Origin: Octopus vulgaris
Lineage: Eukaryota
Assembly (NCBI GenBank): GCA_951406725.2
Contig: OX597824.1
Span: 44,454,001 to 44,518,000, forward strand
Length of the DNA: 64,000 nt
Direction of reading: 5' to 3'
The position numbers and the translations under genes were made by a program. How positions within the stretch are numbered: position 1 is the first letter of the stretch; the number at the start of each line of letters is the position of its first letter. The notes under the pieces were generated by a model that saw nothing but the letters and a program-made list of their open reading frames with translations, had not been told where the DNA came from and did no database searches. Positions 11,821-24,958 of this stretch are shown one piece after another.

Positions 11821-14800
11821 TGAGTGTGCGCGTGCATGTATTTTTCACCAACAAAAGATGTAAACACTGATGAAAAAATCTGATATACTGGTGCCTTGAA
11901 ACAAAAATACCCTGTACTATTGATTCTGCTTCAGTACTCCCTTGTCCCTCTTGCCGTCATAAAAGCCTAAACTAGTAATTGGTTCTTTGGAAACCTTTAT
12001 CTAAAGATGCTATTGTTCACAAAATGCTATACAAAATAAATATTCTTCTTCAAGCAACAGCAGTCAAGATGCATTTCACAATGTCATATCAAGAATCTCT
12101 GTCCTCCATAAGATTTGAATGTCTTTGCCAATAACATCATCACTGTCAAGTAGTCTTCATCCCTTTGAGGATGTGGTAGTTTCCAAAATATTTTTCCCCA
12201 CAAAAAAAGATTTTGAAGAAAATAAATAGAAACTTGATATTAAGTAACAAACAACAAAAAAGACAAATTGATATCTCACAGAAGTTCTGCTTTACTCACC
12301 TAACATAGAAAGTGGGATATGTTGTAAAGCAGTCACAGGCATCTAGCAACCTATAGGCCATCTGCAGCCCACAAGACTTTCTGAATGGTATACCACCTAT
12401 TGAATCATCAGATCAATCTTCAACATGATTGAACAACCAATCCTAACAAGTTGGAGTTCATAGTATGAGTTGTACTAGCCATCCTTTTGATCACTGAATA
12501 GAAAATGTGGCTAATGGGATCTCCATTTGAGTGATTTTCTGAGTCACCATCTCATCCTTGCATGCCAATTTGTCATAAGGTTACCAATTTACAGCTGAGT
12601 GGACTAGAGCAATGTGAAATGAAGTGTCTTACCCAAGAACAACACACAGCTGGTCTGGGAATCAAATCTACAACCTCCTAATCATGACTGCAACACTCTA
12701 ACCACTAAGCCACACGCTTTCACAATGAAAAATTATCCTGAACTTTAGTAATGTGGCTTGCAAGATTATGAGCCATGTCTTGTGTGGCCCACTTCTCAGT
12801 AAAAAGAAAAAAAGTTGCTCATGTCAGTTCTAAATCATATTTGATGCAAAGCTTACATCTATGTATAAAGGTCACTCTGACAAGCTTACTGAATACTCTA
12901 CTTTCAATGCAAAGAGTCAGAACATTTCAAAACAAATTTGCTAACAATGACAAAAATATAAAATTTAGGCCATCCAGAAATGAATTCCAGAAACAAGATG
13001 ACATCAAATGCAGATCAAAATCCAAAAATGCTTACATAATATCTGACGCACAAACAAAATAAATTTTAAAAAGGAAATATACTAAAAAAATATTCACGTT
13101 GCAAAACATTGCAAAAATCTAGTGGTAAAATATACAATGAAATCCAAAGTAGCCAATGTAGGAGTTTTGATGTAGTCACGCAACCTGCTAGAAATAGCAG
13201 CTAACTTTTTTCTGAAAGTACACTCTGCTGACATGAATTGGGAGGGGTATACTGGATAATGTAGTCCACTACTTAGTACCCAAGAGAAAGATAAGTAGTT
13301 GTGACTGGAATACTTTTGATCATATGTTTACTCAGTCAAAGTTGACCTGGAATTAAAATACAATAAAATCCACATGAAATCACAGTAAACAGTGCTAAAA
13401 GTGAACATTAATGACTGTGTAGAATCCCTACAAAGAAAAGATTGCATAATCTTGAAAGACTACAAATTAATATACCCCGTAAAGAGTACATATACATTTT
13501 GTGGACATTGTCAGCCCCAACATCAAGAAAGCAGAATAACAACTTGGAGAGGCATAGTTATTGCTTAGATGTGGTATCTTTAGTAGCCAAAAGATGTTAT
13601 AATGATTTCTTATATTAGCACAAAGACACAAATTTCATGGAAAGGATACAGTCAATTGAACTTACTCCAGTATATGATTAGCACTTATTTTATTGACCTC
13701 AGAAACATAAAAAGCAAAGTTAGTTTGATGCAATCTGAACTCAGAACATGAAAGTAGGTAATTCATCTTTCTGATACAAACTCACCCGAGACTGCCTTGG
13801 GTGGGCTGGTACAAATTTCCTGCCTTGGGTGAGTTGGTTAAAATTTCCTGTGAAAATTTCCTGTTAATTTATGTTTCAAACATCAGCTTAATAATAATAA
13901 TTTAGTAAAGTTATTTTACTAAATTCTTCATTATTCAAATTAATGGAAATAAAGTGAGTGTATTTCAACAGAAATATGGTAACAAAAGGGTTAAATAATG
14001 CAAAAATTTATAGTAAAACATAAGAGAAAAGTGTGTTGTTATTGTTTAACACAAAGTTAGTCCTGATGTTGCAGACCTTTGATCAAAAGGGTTCTTATTG
14101 TAAAACATTCTGGTCTTTTTTTTTTACAAGACATGGTGTATCTAGGGCTACATAATCTGATGTGTCTATTTTCAATAAGATGGCAAGGTGTGATTGAAGG
14201 GAGGTCTAGTTGCTGTTCTTAGCTGTTTGAATGGCAACAAAGAATCTCTCTCTTATTTCACAATAATTAGGTTTACATAAGAATGTCCCATTTCTTTTCA
14301 TGAAATGAATTTGATGTAACCTATAAGACATAAAAATATATATCATGATAAATATGTAAGAAAAACATGTACCATAACACCTTCAAGCATGAACATAAAC
14401 AAAAGTTGCCAATTCATTATGGTCAACTGTACAAGGGCAGTTCATTAAGAGATAGTGGAAGTAACATGCATATATAAGTCCCATAATCAAAGTTTTAGCA
14501 TTTCACTTCATCTGGAATAAACCTTCAAACATTAGATAGAATTATATGTAATCATATGGAAGAATAGATTTAAGAATAGGTTAATTTCTAAAGAAAGAAG
14601 GAGACTAGAATATAACCATTGGTGTAATTTAGCTGATTATCAGTGAATGTGAAGCACAATTTGAACTGAAAAATAATAGGCATGCACACATGTATGTTTG
14701 TAACTAATATATAGGTAATTAAATCTATTATCATTTCAAATTTTGCTTCACATCCAATGAAGATCTTGGATACCTGTAGAGAACTATGAAATTGATTTAA

Positions 14801-15183
14801 TTATATATACACAGATACATATATCTTTAAAGATAGATGCTTATCTCAAACAGTAGTGTGATAGAATTAATCACTTGATATTTAATAATAACTGTGAACA
14901 GTTGCTTGATTCATTTGCTCATTTCCATGCTAGCATGGATTAAATGAATATGTTATTGGGGCTTTGTTTTATAGCTTGATGCCCTTTCCCATTCCCTTCC
15001 CTATGCAAATCCTTACCTGTTTTTCAAATAAGAGAATTCTTATTCTACATGATTCTAAAGGCATGAAATAAACAGATTTGCTGATAGGAGAAATGCAAAC
15101 AGAACATCATGTACAATATTGTAACTTTCAAATAAGAGAGTGGCAGACATAAACAAATACACAGACGCACAGACAGACAGACA

Positions 15184-15219
<36 letters not shown>

Positions 15220-18200
15220 GGGCTTCTTTTATAGTTTATGTCTACCAAATCTGCTCACAAGGCTTAGATTAGGATGGATTTATACTAGAAAACATTCATC
15301 AAAGGTGCCACACAGTGGAACTGAATCTGAAACTATATGGTTTGGAAGCAAACTTCTTCACCACACAACCATGCCTCAATAGTATATATTAGTGTGTGTT
15401 GGTTCCATCAGCTTCAAAGCTTGGGGAAACAGAAGCTGAAAGCTTCATATTCTTCTCAATAGCAAGAAAGACTGAAAATCCAAGTTGGGTTACAGATTGG
15501 ATTTATGGGCACTTACAACCTATGATACACTGCTTGCCATATATGTGTGTCTGTATAAGTTTATGTATACTTACATATAGACACACACGAAAGGTAAACT
15601 TTCAAAGATAAACACGTATAAGCATACACTCACACAAATACATATACTCAAATATACACATTGTAACAGGTAAGTAGTTTTTTACTGTGATTAGAAAGAG
15701 AGAATGCCGAAATTTGATTTAGATGAAGGTTCCATACAGATATTTGGTGTACAATAGATTGAGATTGCAGTGGTTTTTTTTCCCTGGCACAGTGACAGGA
15801 TATAGACATCTGCAGTGCTGTAGTGCTTTAGTGCACTGACAACAGTCAAGTGACAGCAGTCAATCAATCTCATATAGAAAGCGCATCAACTGCAATGGAG
15901 GATTTCTAGAAAGAGTATAATGGTGTGTTATCTTATGCTGAAAACACAGGGAACAAACTGAGAAATGAATGAATAAGTAACGGAAGGAAAGAATGAAAAT
16001 AATATTTATAGAATACTTCTGTTGTGTTAAAGTTTTAAACACAATAACCAACTAGAAGCTCTATAACTGGTTTTTCAATAATTTCTGCTCTATGACTTCA
16101 TTAAAGCTATGGCAAACACCCAAACTACCTGACCTTAAATACAAAACGTTGTCTATTTACAAGCAGCATCTCAGAAATATCCAGTCAAATCCAGGCAGAG
16201 TTTTTCATCTATAATAATCATATTTATAATTTCTACACTCTGTTTTTAAAATTACTTTATATTTGAATATAAATTTTAAATCAGTCTTTTTAGTCAGCTA
16301 TTATATTTTGTGCCTGTTTACATAAACGTTCAAAGTCCATTGGAGTTGACTTTGCAACATCAATAAAAATAAATCCAAATCATGTTCTGAAATCATTTCA
16401 GTCTACTGCACCCCTCCAAAACTAATTTGTGATGATTTGTCTAGTCAAGAAATATTATTTTATACATTACATAAATTAGTTGAAAAACCACTGCTGTATA
16501 AGGAGTGAAATTATAATCCATCTTGAATGAATAATAACAAATCTATTAAAGAATAGTGACTGACCTGAGTCATAAAGTAAAATCCATTAAATTACAATGA
16601 TACTTTATAAAGTGTTAGATTGACATTTGTAGAGTGTTAAAAGAACTTGGTGTTAACACTACAATGGGTGGATTAAGCTTTAGCGAGTCAGTTAATTGTA
16701 CATTGCAAGTTTGATTCTCAGTTGAGTCATTTCATCTAACACATCATATCTACAATTTCCAATCACAGTCAACTGACTGGAGTGAAGGGTTTTATTAGGG
16801 TTGATATACTAAAAAAAATGAAGTGCTTGGTGATTACCTAATGACTCATTAAGGGTTATGGAATGTTTTGTTATATCACAATTGGCTTAAAATAAGAGAC
16901 AAAAAAGAAGGAAAGAAAAAAAAAACACTGGGAAGAATCCTAATGAAAGACAAATTGGAGTTAAATATTTTGTTTAATAATACATGAATGATTCAACTAA
17001 TTCTGAATGTCATTAGTTAAAAGACAATACCAAATATGTACTTATCTCTCAACACTATGTTCACCAAACTCTATATGTAAGTGTCACAGGCAGTGATAGA
17101 AATGTGAAGGGATGTGAAAGGGTTTCAGAGGGGTTAGCATGACCAAAATTTTCAGCTCACAGAAAGGAGATTTATAATATCAAATCTTTCCTAACCTCAG
17201 CCTTATAGACTTTAGCATATTCCTAGTTCCTTAAACCCATTTCCATCACTTATTACAATCATAAAACTCTGCTGCAAGTAGCAGTAATGGTATTTTATTG
17301 ACAAAGAATTTGTTGTTTGCAGAATCAAGTTTAATTTTTCATCTGGAACAAGCCTGTGCTTTATCTAGGGAACATATTAATTGACATAATGTTATGTAAA
17401 CCAAAGATAAGCACTGGCTCTATTAGATCCTTGTGATTTGCAAAAGAATAAGGCTTAACTTAGAATAATATTCTAGGGATTACATTGACCATCATCATTA
17501 TCATTTAATGTCTGTTTTCAATGCTGGCATGAGTTGGATGGTTTGACAGGAGCTGGTCAGCCGGAGAGCTACCTGGGTTCCATGTCTGATTTGGCATGGT
17601 TTCTACAGTTCGATGCCCTTCCTAATGCCAACCACTTTACAGAGTGTACTAGGTGTGCTTCTGTGCAGCACCAGCACAGGCACATTTATGTGGCACTGAC
17701 ATGGGTGCTTTTTATGTGGTACCAACACCCACAAGTCCACAAGATTAGGAATGCTCAGTGAAGAAGTATGTAGGGGACATGCCAGTATGCAAAGATGACC
17801 ATGTATTTATTTAGCTTGACATAACTTCTCAAGCACAGCAAACTTCCAGAAGTCTCAATCCTGTCATCCCCTCTGTGATACCTAACATCTGATATACAAT
17901 ACTGTACTTATTTGTGCTTAACGTTGCATTTACAGTTGTCTTAAAGGTTCAGCCAACATCTTTAGATGAAACAGTCACCTTAACAATTACAATACCCAAC
18001 AATTGCTGGTTAAGTCAGATAAAATTTGTGTTCTATCAGCAGAGACTGGATCAATGATTAATGTAAGGTCTGCTTTGATGACCTACATCTATAACCCACA
18101 ATAGACATTTTACCTAATCAGATTTGATTAGATTCATAACAGCACAAATAAAGGTGTCCAGAGGATGTTGACACATGCAGACCATCTAGTAAAGACAATG

Positions 18201-18625
18201 GGTTTGAGGATAGATGGTAGTGATGAGAGAAAGTAACCTGTTTAGAGATCACACACCAACATATGACCACAGTGATGAATATGCAATATATACTTCTCAG
18301 ATACCAGTTATCAAATACATTCACATTATGGATGCTTTCAGTCTGTAGAGACCAAGTTTTACAGCTACTGCAAAGATTTGACTCTGGCAGTGCCTCAAAA
18401 ATACAAATTTTAATATAAACTTGGTCTCCCTTCAATATGAGAGACCTGTTGCGTGAAAGCAATACAGTTTAGGTTGCTGTACTTGTTTCCAGGTGTGGTG
18501 ATTAATTAATGAATAACATTTAGTGGATACTACCACTGAGAGATCAGGCTGAATAGTACTTATTGATAAACAAGTAATCTAAATGAGCTAATGTATTGCA
18601 ACAATTTAAATTATCATAATAATAG

Positions 18626-20619
18626 TGACTTTAAGCTTGAGGCCAGAAGGACTCCAAGAAACAAACCAATCCAGAAAAGAAGGATTTGGAAGCTAAAGAA
18701 CCCTTCACATGGTCAGAGATTTAGGGACATCCTCATCAAGAAATTTGATGAGAGGGAGGAGGAGCTTCAGACGTCAGACATAGAAGGTAGCTGGGAATTT
18801 CTACGGGACAGCTTGCTGAGTGCCACAGACCAAGTCTGTGGATGGTGCAAAGTCCCTTCCAGACCTAGAGTTACGTGGTGGTGGAATAGTGCAGTAGTCA
18901 AAGCCATTAGTGCAAAGAGACAGGCCTGGAAAGCCTGGAGGGATGGGGGTAGCAGGGAACTGTACCAGGTAGCCAAAAGGGAGGCTGGGTGGCAGGTATA
19001 CATAGCCAAAGATGTAGCAGAAAAGAAGTTTGCTAATGTCCAGCGACGTGAGGACCAAAGAGCTGAGGTATTTCGGATTGCCAGACAGTGTGAGAGAGAA
19101 AATAGTGATGTTACAGGAGAGAAATGTGTCCGCATGGATGATGGGGCACTTGCTCTTAATGTTGGTGAAAAGAAAGAGGCTTGGAGAAGGCATTATGAAA
19201 GACTGCTGAATGAGGAGAATGAATGGGAGGAGGAGAGCCTGCAAAATGTTGACCCAGTAGAGAGACCAGCTATCCGAATAGACAGCACCCTTGTAGTTAA
19301 GGCAATTAAGGATATGAAACCAGGTAAAGCCCCCGGCCCATCAGGAATCACTGCTGAGATGCTTAAAACAGCTGGCTATGTGGGCTATGGCCTAGTCACC
19401 CGCATTGTAAACCAGGTAGTTCATAATGGAGTCATACCCAATGAGTGGCGTAGCAGCACCATAGTCAACTGCTACAAGGGTAAGGGTGATGCTCTAGATA
19501 GAAATAACTACAGGGGTATTAAACTGTTGGATCAGGTGATGAAGGTCACAGAGAGGGTCATAACCCATCTCATTAGGGAGAGAATTTGCTTAGGTGAGAT
19601 GCAGTTCGGTTTTGTGCCGGGTAGAAGCACCACTGATGCTATATTCCTGGTCCGACAACTGCAGGAGAAGTACCTAGCTAAAGATAAACCCCTCTACATA
19701 GCTTTTGTGGACTTGGAGAAGGCCTTTGACAGGGTCCCCCGATCCCTTATCTGGTGGTCGATGCGGAAACTGGAGATTGACGAATGGCTAATAAGGGCTG
19801 TACAGGCTCTATACAGAGAGGCTGTCAGCAAGGTTAGGATTGGCAACGAATATAGTGAAGAATTCCGTGTAGAAGTAGGAGTACACCAAGGCTCAGCCCT
19901 CAGTCCCCTTTTATTCATCATAGTCCTCCAGGCAATAACAGAGGAATTCAAAACAGGATGCCCCTGGGAGCTCCTCTATGCTGATGACCTGGCTCTCATA
20001 GCAGAATCACTACCGGAACTAGAAAAGAAATTTCGGGTGTGGAAGCAAGGGTTAGAATCAAAGGGCCTTAGAGTAAATGTAGCATAGACCAAAGTTATAG
20101 TAAGCAGAAAGGCGAACTCAGCACACACTCCCTCGGGCAGGTGGCCCTGCTCGAGCTGTAGGAAAGGTGTAGGTAGAAACTCCATAAGATGCACCCAATG
20201 TTAGCTATGGACGCATAAGAGGTGCAGCAACATCAAAGGGAAATTAACTGATAAGATAGCTTTCATGTGCGGCAGATGCACAGGGACAATAGACACCACA
20301 GACACTCAGAAAACAGATTCCATCACACTCCAGGGGGAGAAACTAGAAGTAGTTGATAGTTTCTGCTACCTGGGTGACCAAGTTAGTAGTGGAGGTGGAT
20401 GCTCAGAGAGTATCACCACTAGAATACGAATAGCCCGGGCAAAGTTCAGAAAGCTCCTACCCCTACTGGCGACAAAGGGTCTCTCGATCAGAGTGAAAGG
20501 TAGATTGTATGATGCATGTGTGCGAACTGCCATGCTTCACGGTAGTGAAACATGGGCTGTGACTGCAGAGGACATGCGTAGACTTGAAAGAAATGAAGCT
20601 AGCATGATCCGCTGGATGC
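18626..20619 (+). mobile_element. RTE-clade LINE fragment (reverse transcriptase), truncated at both ends, with premature stops
   Basis: ORFs 18591..20087 and 20265..20753 carry KAPGPSG, NYRGIKLL, QFGF, FVDLEKAFDRV, GVHQGSALSPLLF, LLYADDL, FCYLG. In-frame TAG near 20085 and 20202. Homology ends at IRWM. Confidence 0.95.
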
Positions 20620-20899
20620 AAAATTTAGAGAGTGAACTGAATGGAATGTGTATTAGAAATCCAAAATATGGGGCTAAAAATTTAGATAATTTTAAAGAAG
20701 TTGTATTGAAGTACAATGGTGCAGAAATATGGAACCTGACAAAGAACTATTAGCTCAACATGCTCACAAATGTATTTATGCTTTGAATAATATGGAAGAC
20801 CATAAAACAATGAAATTGGTCTGAGAACAAATAAAACTAAATGACATTAGCAAATATAAAGAGTTGCTGAAATGGAATTGGGCTGGATACATCCAAAAG

Positions 20900-21570
20900 A
20901 ATGACAACAGATGAGTGACAACTAGTAGGTATAAAAGTAAATAAACTAAATTCTAAGATACTATAGAAGAAATGGAGAATAACAAGTATGATGGTAGGAT
21001 AAATTTCACAAAAACTGGAAATCAGAGACTTTGCTGAGCAGTAGGAAAGCAATGGCAGGTGATAACTGTAGACAAGCATCACTGTCATATAAGTGGAGTC
21101 CTTCATTAACAATCTTCCATGAAAACAATGTAACATAGTGCAATGGTGCTTTTATTATATGAGTACCATTTGTGTTTTCTTGCTATTGAAAGAGACAAAA
21201 CTGGCATAGCTTCACTAGAATACACTTTCAGGATACCTGTTCAGTGTGGGTTTTGTGTGAGGTGTGCAGGTTGCATGAGGACAATAAATGGTTGAGGAAG
21301 GTTAGTAAAGAATGAAGGATAGTATCATCTGCACAAAAGTGAGCATTGTTGTATGTGACATAGGTCATTGATGTATAGAAGGAAGAGAGTGGGGGTGGAC
21401 AAAACTGAATTGCTAAAGTTGATAGAAGAAAGGAACAGAAAGAGCTCTGTTGGCATATGTCGCAACAGTCATAAGAAGCTATCAATCCAAGAGACATGAG
21501 ATGAGGCCATAAGAAGGCAGTTTCAATAGATTTGCATATTAGATATGGTTGTAGGTTTGCTGTTGTTGAG
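20900..21570 (-). mobile_element. Highly decayed LINE (CR1/L2/Jockey-group) RT remnant
   Basis: ORF 21228..21596 contains HFCADDTILHS (YADD-like). Boundaries approximate. Confidence 0.5.
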
Positions 21571-21758
21571 AGCATTAACAATATTGCTTTCACCAAATAT
21601 ATATATATATATACGGACGTTAAACGATGATGATGATATATATATATATATATATATATTTGGTGAAAGCAATATTGTTAATGCTCTCATACTATGAGTT
21701 GAGGTGATGTCTTCTAGTACCTCCAAATTTAATATACAATTATTCATAATTGTAGTGT

Positions 21759-21849
21759 CCTACGCTGATGAGAAAAATAGTTGGGTAAGACATAATTTTC
21801 TAATTCTTATGCTTTCCTAAAACTTAATTTCGAAACGTACGTCCGTAGG
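21759..21849 (+). ncRNA. Type I hammerhead ribozyme, copy 1
   Basis: Stem I cctacg/cgtagg; core CTGATGA (21765-21771); 60-nt interrupted stem II (gaaa/tttc, agtt/aact, aag/ctt, cataa/ttatg); GAAA (21832-21835); palindromic stem III acgtacgt; GUC cleavage after 21843. Confidence 0.9.
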
Positions 21850-22335
21850 TGACTTAATATTGTATGATTGTCGTCATTTCTTTCTCTCTTACCTGCGTTT
21901 GCCTTCTAAGTGCTGTGGTTTTACTGAAATCTCCCTTTTAGTAGAAAGAATAGCTATAACTCTTTGACTGCTATTTCTAAACTCGGTGTGTGGTGAGGCA
22001 AATTGTTGCTAAACCCTTAATCACTTAGTATTACTTAAACTTTCCTCGAATGGGGCTTTTACATGCCGGAATCTACTTGGTGAAATTGATGATTATTCCA
22101 AATTAATTAATTTCACCCTATATTATTACTGATAACCATATTTCATCCCAGTAAATGACCACAACATCTTGGCCTGGCAGCACGCTGGTGGGAGGGGGTT
22201 GGTGACACAAACTTTCATTCACACTTTGAATTTGGTGATACTGGTAACGGCTTTAGCTCACTCTGATACTATGAGTTGAGGTGATGTCTTCTAGTACCTC
22301 CAAATTTAATATACAATTATTCATAATTGTAGTGT

Positions 22336-22426
22336 CCTACGCTGATGAGAAAAATAGTTGGGTAAGACATAATTATCTAATTCTTATGCTTTCCTAAAAC
22401 TTAATTTCGAAACGTATGTCCGTAGG
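22336..22426 (+). ncRNA. Type I hammerhead ribozyme, copy 2
   Basis: Same fold: CTGATGA 22342-22348, GAAA 22409-22412, loop III gtat instead of gtac, GUC cleavage after 22420. Confidence 0.88.
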
Positions 22427-22608
22427 TGACTTAATATTGTATGATTGTCGTCATTTCTTTCTCTCTTACCTGCGTTTGCCTTCTAAGTGCTGTGGTTTTA
22501 CTGAGATCTCCCTTTTAGTAGAAAGAATAGCTATAACTCTTTGACTGCTATTTCTAAACTCGGTGTGTGGTGAGGCAAATCGTTGCTAAACCCTTAATCA
22601 CTTAGTAT

Positions 22609-22648
<40 letters not shown>

Positions 22649-24690
22649 GTTAAAAGAAAAGTCATAGTCATCACTCACAAGTGAGCATGGCTTGGTAGCA
22701 TGAACTATGCTTTTACTAATTCGTTTAGGCACCCAAGTAGTCATGAACAGACATATACGAAGCATTCAGTGAAATAATGGAATATCCAACAAAATTTCAA
22801 AAATTACATTTTTTATTTCAAACATATATTTAAAACTTCAGCTTTATCCATGCAAAACAAAAAAAATAAAATTTCATTCATACTCTTTCACACTGAAATT
22901 TAAGATGGCTGTTCAGTAAAAGACAAGTAAGGGATGGGCATGGAGGATTCTAAACGTGGAGACAAATAGCCATTTGATAATTAAGTTTGTTTGGCGTAAG
23001 TATGTGATGAACTTTTATCCTGTTTTCTATTTTGCAGGTTCCTTTTATCTGGTTTTTTTTTAGATGTGTTGTGAAGTTACATTAATTTTACTTAAAAAAT
23101 ATGCAGTTTCCAATCAATGTTTACACTTTCACACTCTCATAATCAAATTTATAAACCAGCTATATTATAAGTGCAAAACCAATTATCATTCTCTGACCGG
23201 CCATAGCATTCAACCTTCTAAGTATTACTGCTCTAATGCTCTAGAGTGTGTTTCTTTTCGTATTTATTTAATAGTAGCTTAAAAGTCTACATGGGGAGCA
23301 GACTTTTAAGCTAGCTCATGTGGAAGGCTAATTGGGCTTGCAGCCCCAAACTAAAGAGAGCTAAATAGCACGACTACAATACGTCTATAATTACTATATG
23401 CCCTGGTGGTGTTTGATCAGAAATTAAGGACAAATGAGAATTAATTCTGTAATGCAATCATTCTACTGCTCCAGTACCAAGTCGAATTCCAACTGTTGGC
23501 CAATTTGTCCCAATGTTCTTATCTTAATGTAAAATTAATGAAGTGAATATCATTTATCTCCCTCTTGACCTCTGACATCATCTGACAAATGTCACCAAGA
23601 TGGTGTGAATCAACCCAAGCTTTAGCTGTTAGAAATAGCAATCCAAATGCTTTTAAATCAGATCCCAATGCTGGATGGTCAAGAACCAAATGAAGGTCAG
23701 ATTTTCAATCCTGAGATCATCCTGATTCCAAAATGGTATAATATGTCTATGTAGAGCAAATGTAGACTGAGATATAGGGGACCCAGATGGATAGACAGAA
23801 TTTTGCTTTTATTATTATTATTATCATCATCATTATATACACATACACACATACACTCGATTAACTTCTTTCAACTTCCATCTACCAAATCCACTCACAA
23901 AGTTTTGGTTGGCCCAAAGCTGTAATAGAAGACTCTTGGCTAACGTACCATGCTGTGGGACTGAACCTGGAACCATGTAGTAGGGAAGAAAACTTCTTAC
24001 CACACAGCCATGCCTGTAAATAATTCGCTAACTCATAAAATATGCTAGGAAAACTTTAAATGGCTTTTGTGCCAAATTTGTAAAATGTGGAATATTCCTT
24101 TCCTCCACTGAATGTGTCATATATTCTGATCAAGTTATTCCTTGTGTATTTTAAGCTTCCAGACAGTTTGTGTGCAAACAAATATTGGAGGTCCAATAAT
24201 AGGCTACTAATCAAATGAAAATCAAGTTATCATATCAAGTATCACATATCTAAATGATCTAACTTATCTGCAAAAAGGATAAATAAATAAAAAACAAACA
24301 AATCTGGACAATAGTGTTAGTGCAGTGCCTCAACATCCACAAATGGCTTTTATTCTTTTACTGGTTTTAGTCATTAGACTGCAGCCATGCTAGGACACCA
24401 TCCCATCTTGAAGGGTTTAGTTGAACACATCAACCCCAGAACTTATTATCTTTTCCAAGTCTGGTACTTAGTCTATCAGTCTTTTTTGCTAAGTTACAGG
24501 GAAGTAAAATAGACCAACTCTGGTTGTTGAGGCATGGAAGACAAACACAAAACAGAGACTTATACACTACAACTGGTGTGTGTGTGTGTGAGTGTAAATT
24601 GATGGCTCATCGTAATTACGATGTACCATCGATTTGTACTACCAGCCAACCTGTGTTGACTGGAAAAACGTAAGAGAAATTGTCTCTTTT

Positions 24691-24784
24691 ATCAGCTTGC
24701 AGCACCACTGTCTGGTTTCTGTGACTGAAGAGGAAATAACTACTCTGAAATGCTTGCATCTCACAGGTGGTGCTGTGAGCTGAT
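24691..24784 (+). ncRNA. Extended type I hammerhead ribozyme (second family)
   Basis: Distal stem I atcagcttgcagcaccac/gtggtgctgtgagctgat (18 bp, 2 G-U); 10-nt bulge tgtctggttt; proximal stem ctgtga/tcacag; core CTGAAGA 24725-24731; weak stem II gga/tct; GAAA 24747-24750; stem III atgc-tt-gcat; AUC cleavage after 24760. Confidence 0.85.
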
Positions 24785-24915
24785 TTGGGTATATTTACAC
24801 CATATGTCTACAGCAAGAAATTTTCTCCATGACAAAACACAGTGAAAGGCTTGTTTACAAGTTCAAACATGCTTTTAGCATATTCATATTGTTCACTGTT
24901 TAACGCTCTCACATC

Positions 24916-24953
<38 letters not shown>

Positions 24954-24958
24954 TAAAT

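Larger units (their letters stand above)
21689..22612 (+). mobile_element. Non-coding retrozyme-like / Penelope pLTR-like element: two 347-bp direct repeats (21689-22035, 22266-22612) around a 230-bp spacer
   Basis: The repeats differ at 4 positions by my count, and each contains a hammerhead ribozyme. The element ends in (TA)n. Confidence 0.88.

Noticed and set aside
12299-12360. Strong minus-strand donor GTGAGT with frame PVTALQHIPLSML
   Set aside because: In-frame stop just upstream and no convincing acceptor or homology.
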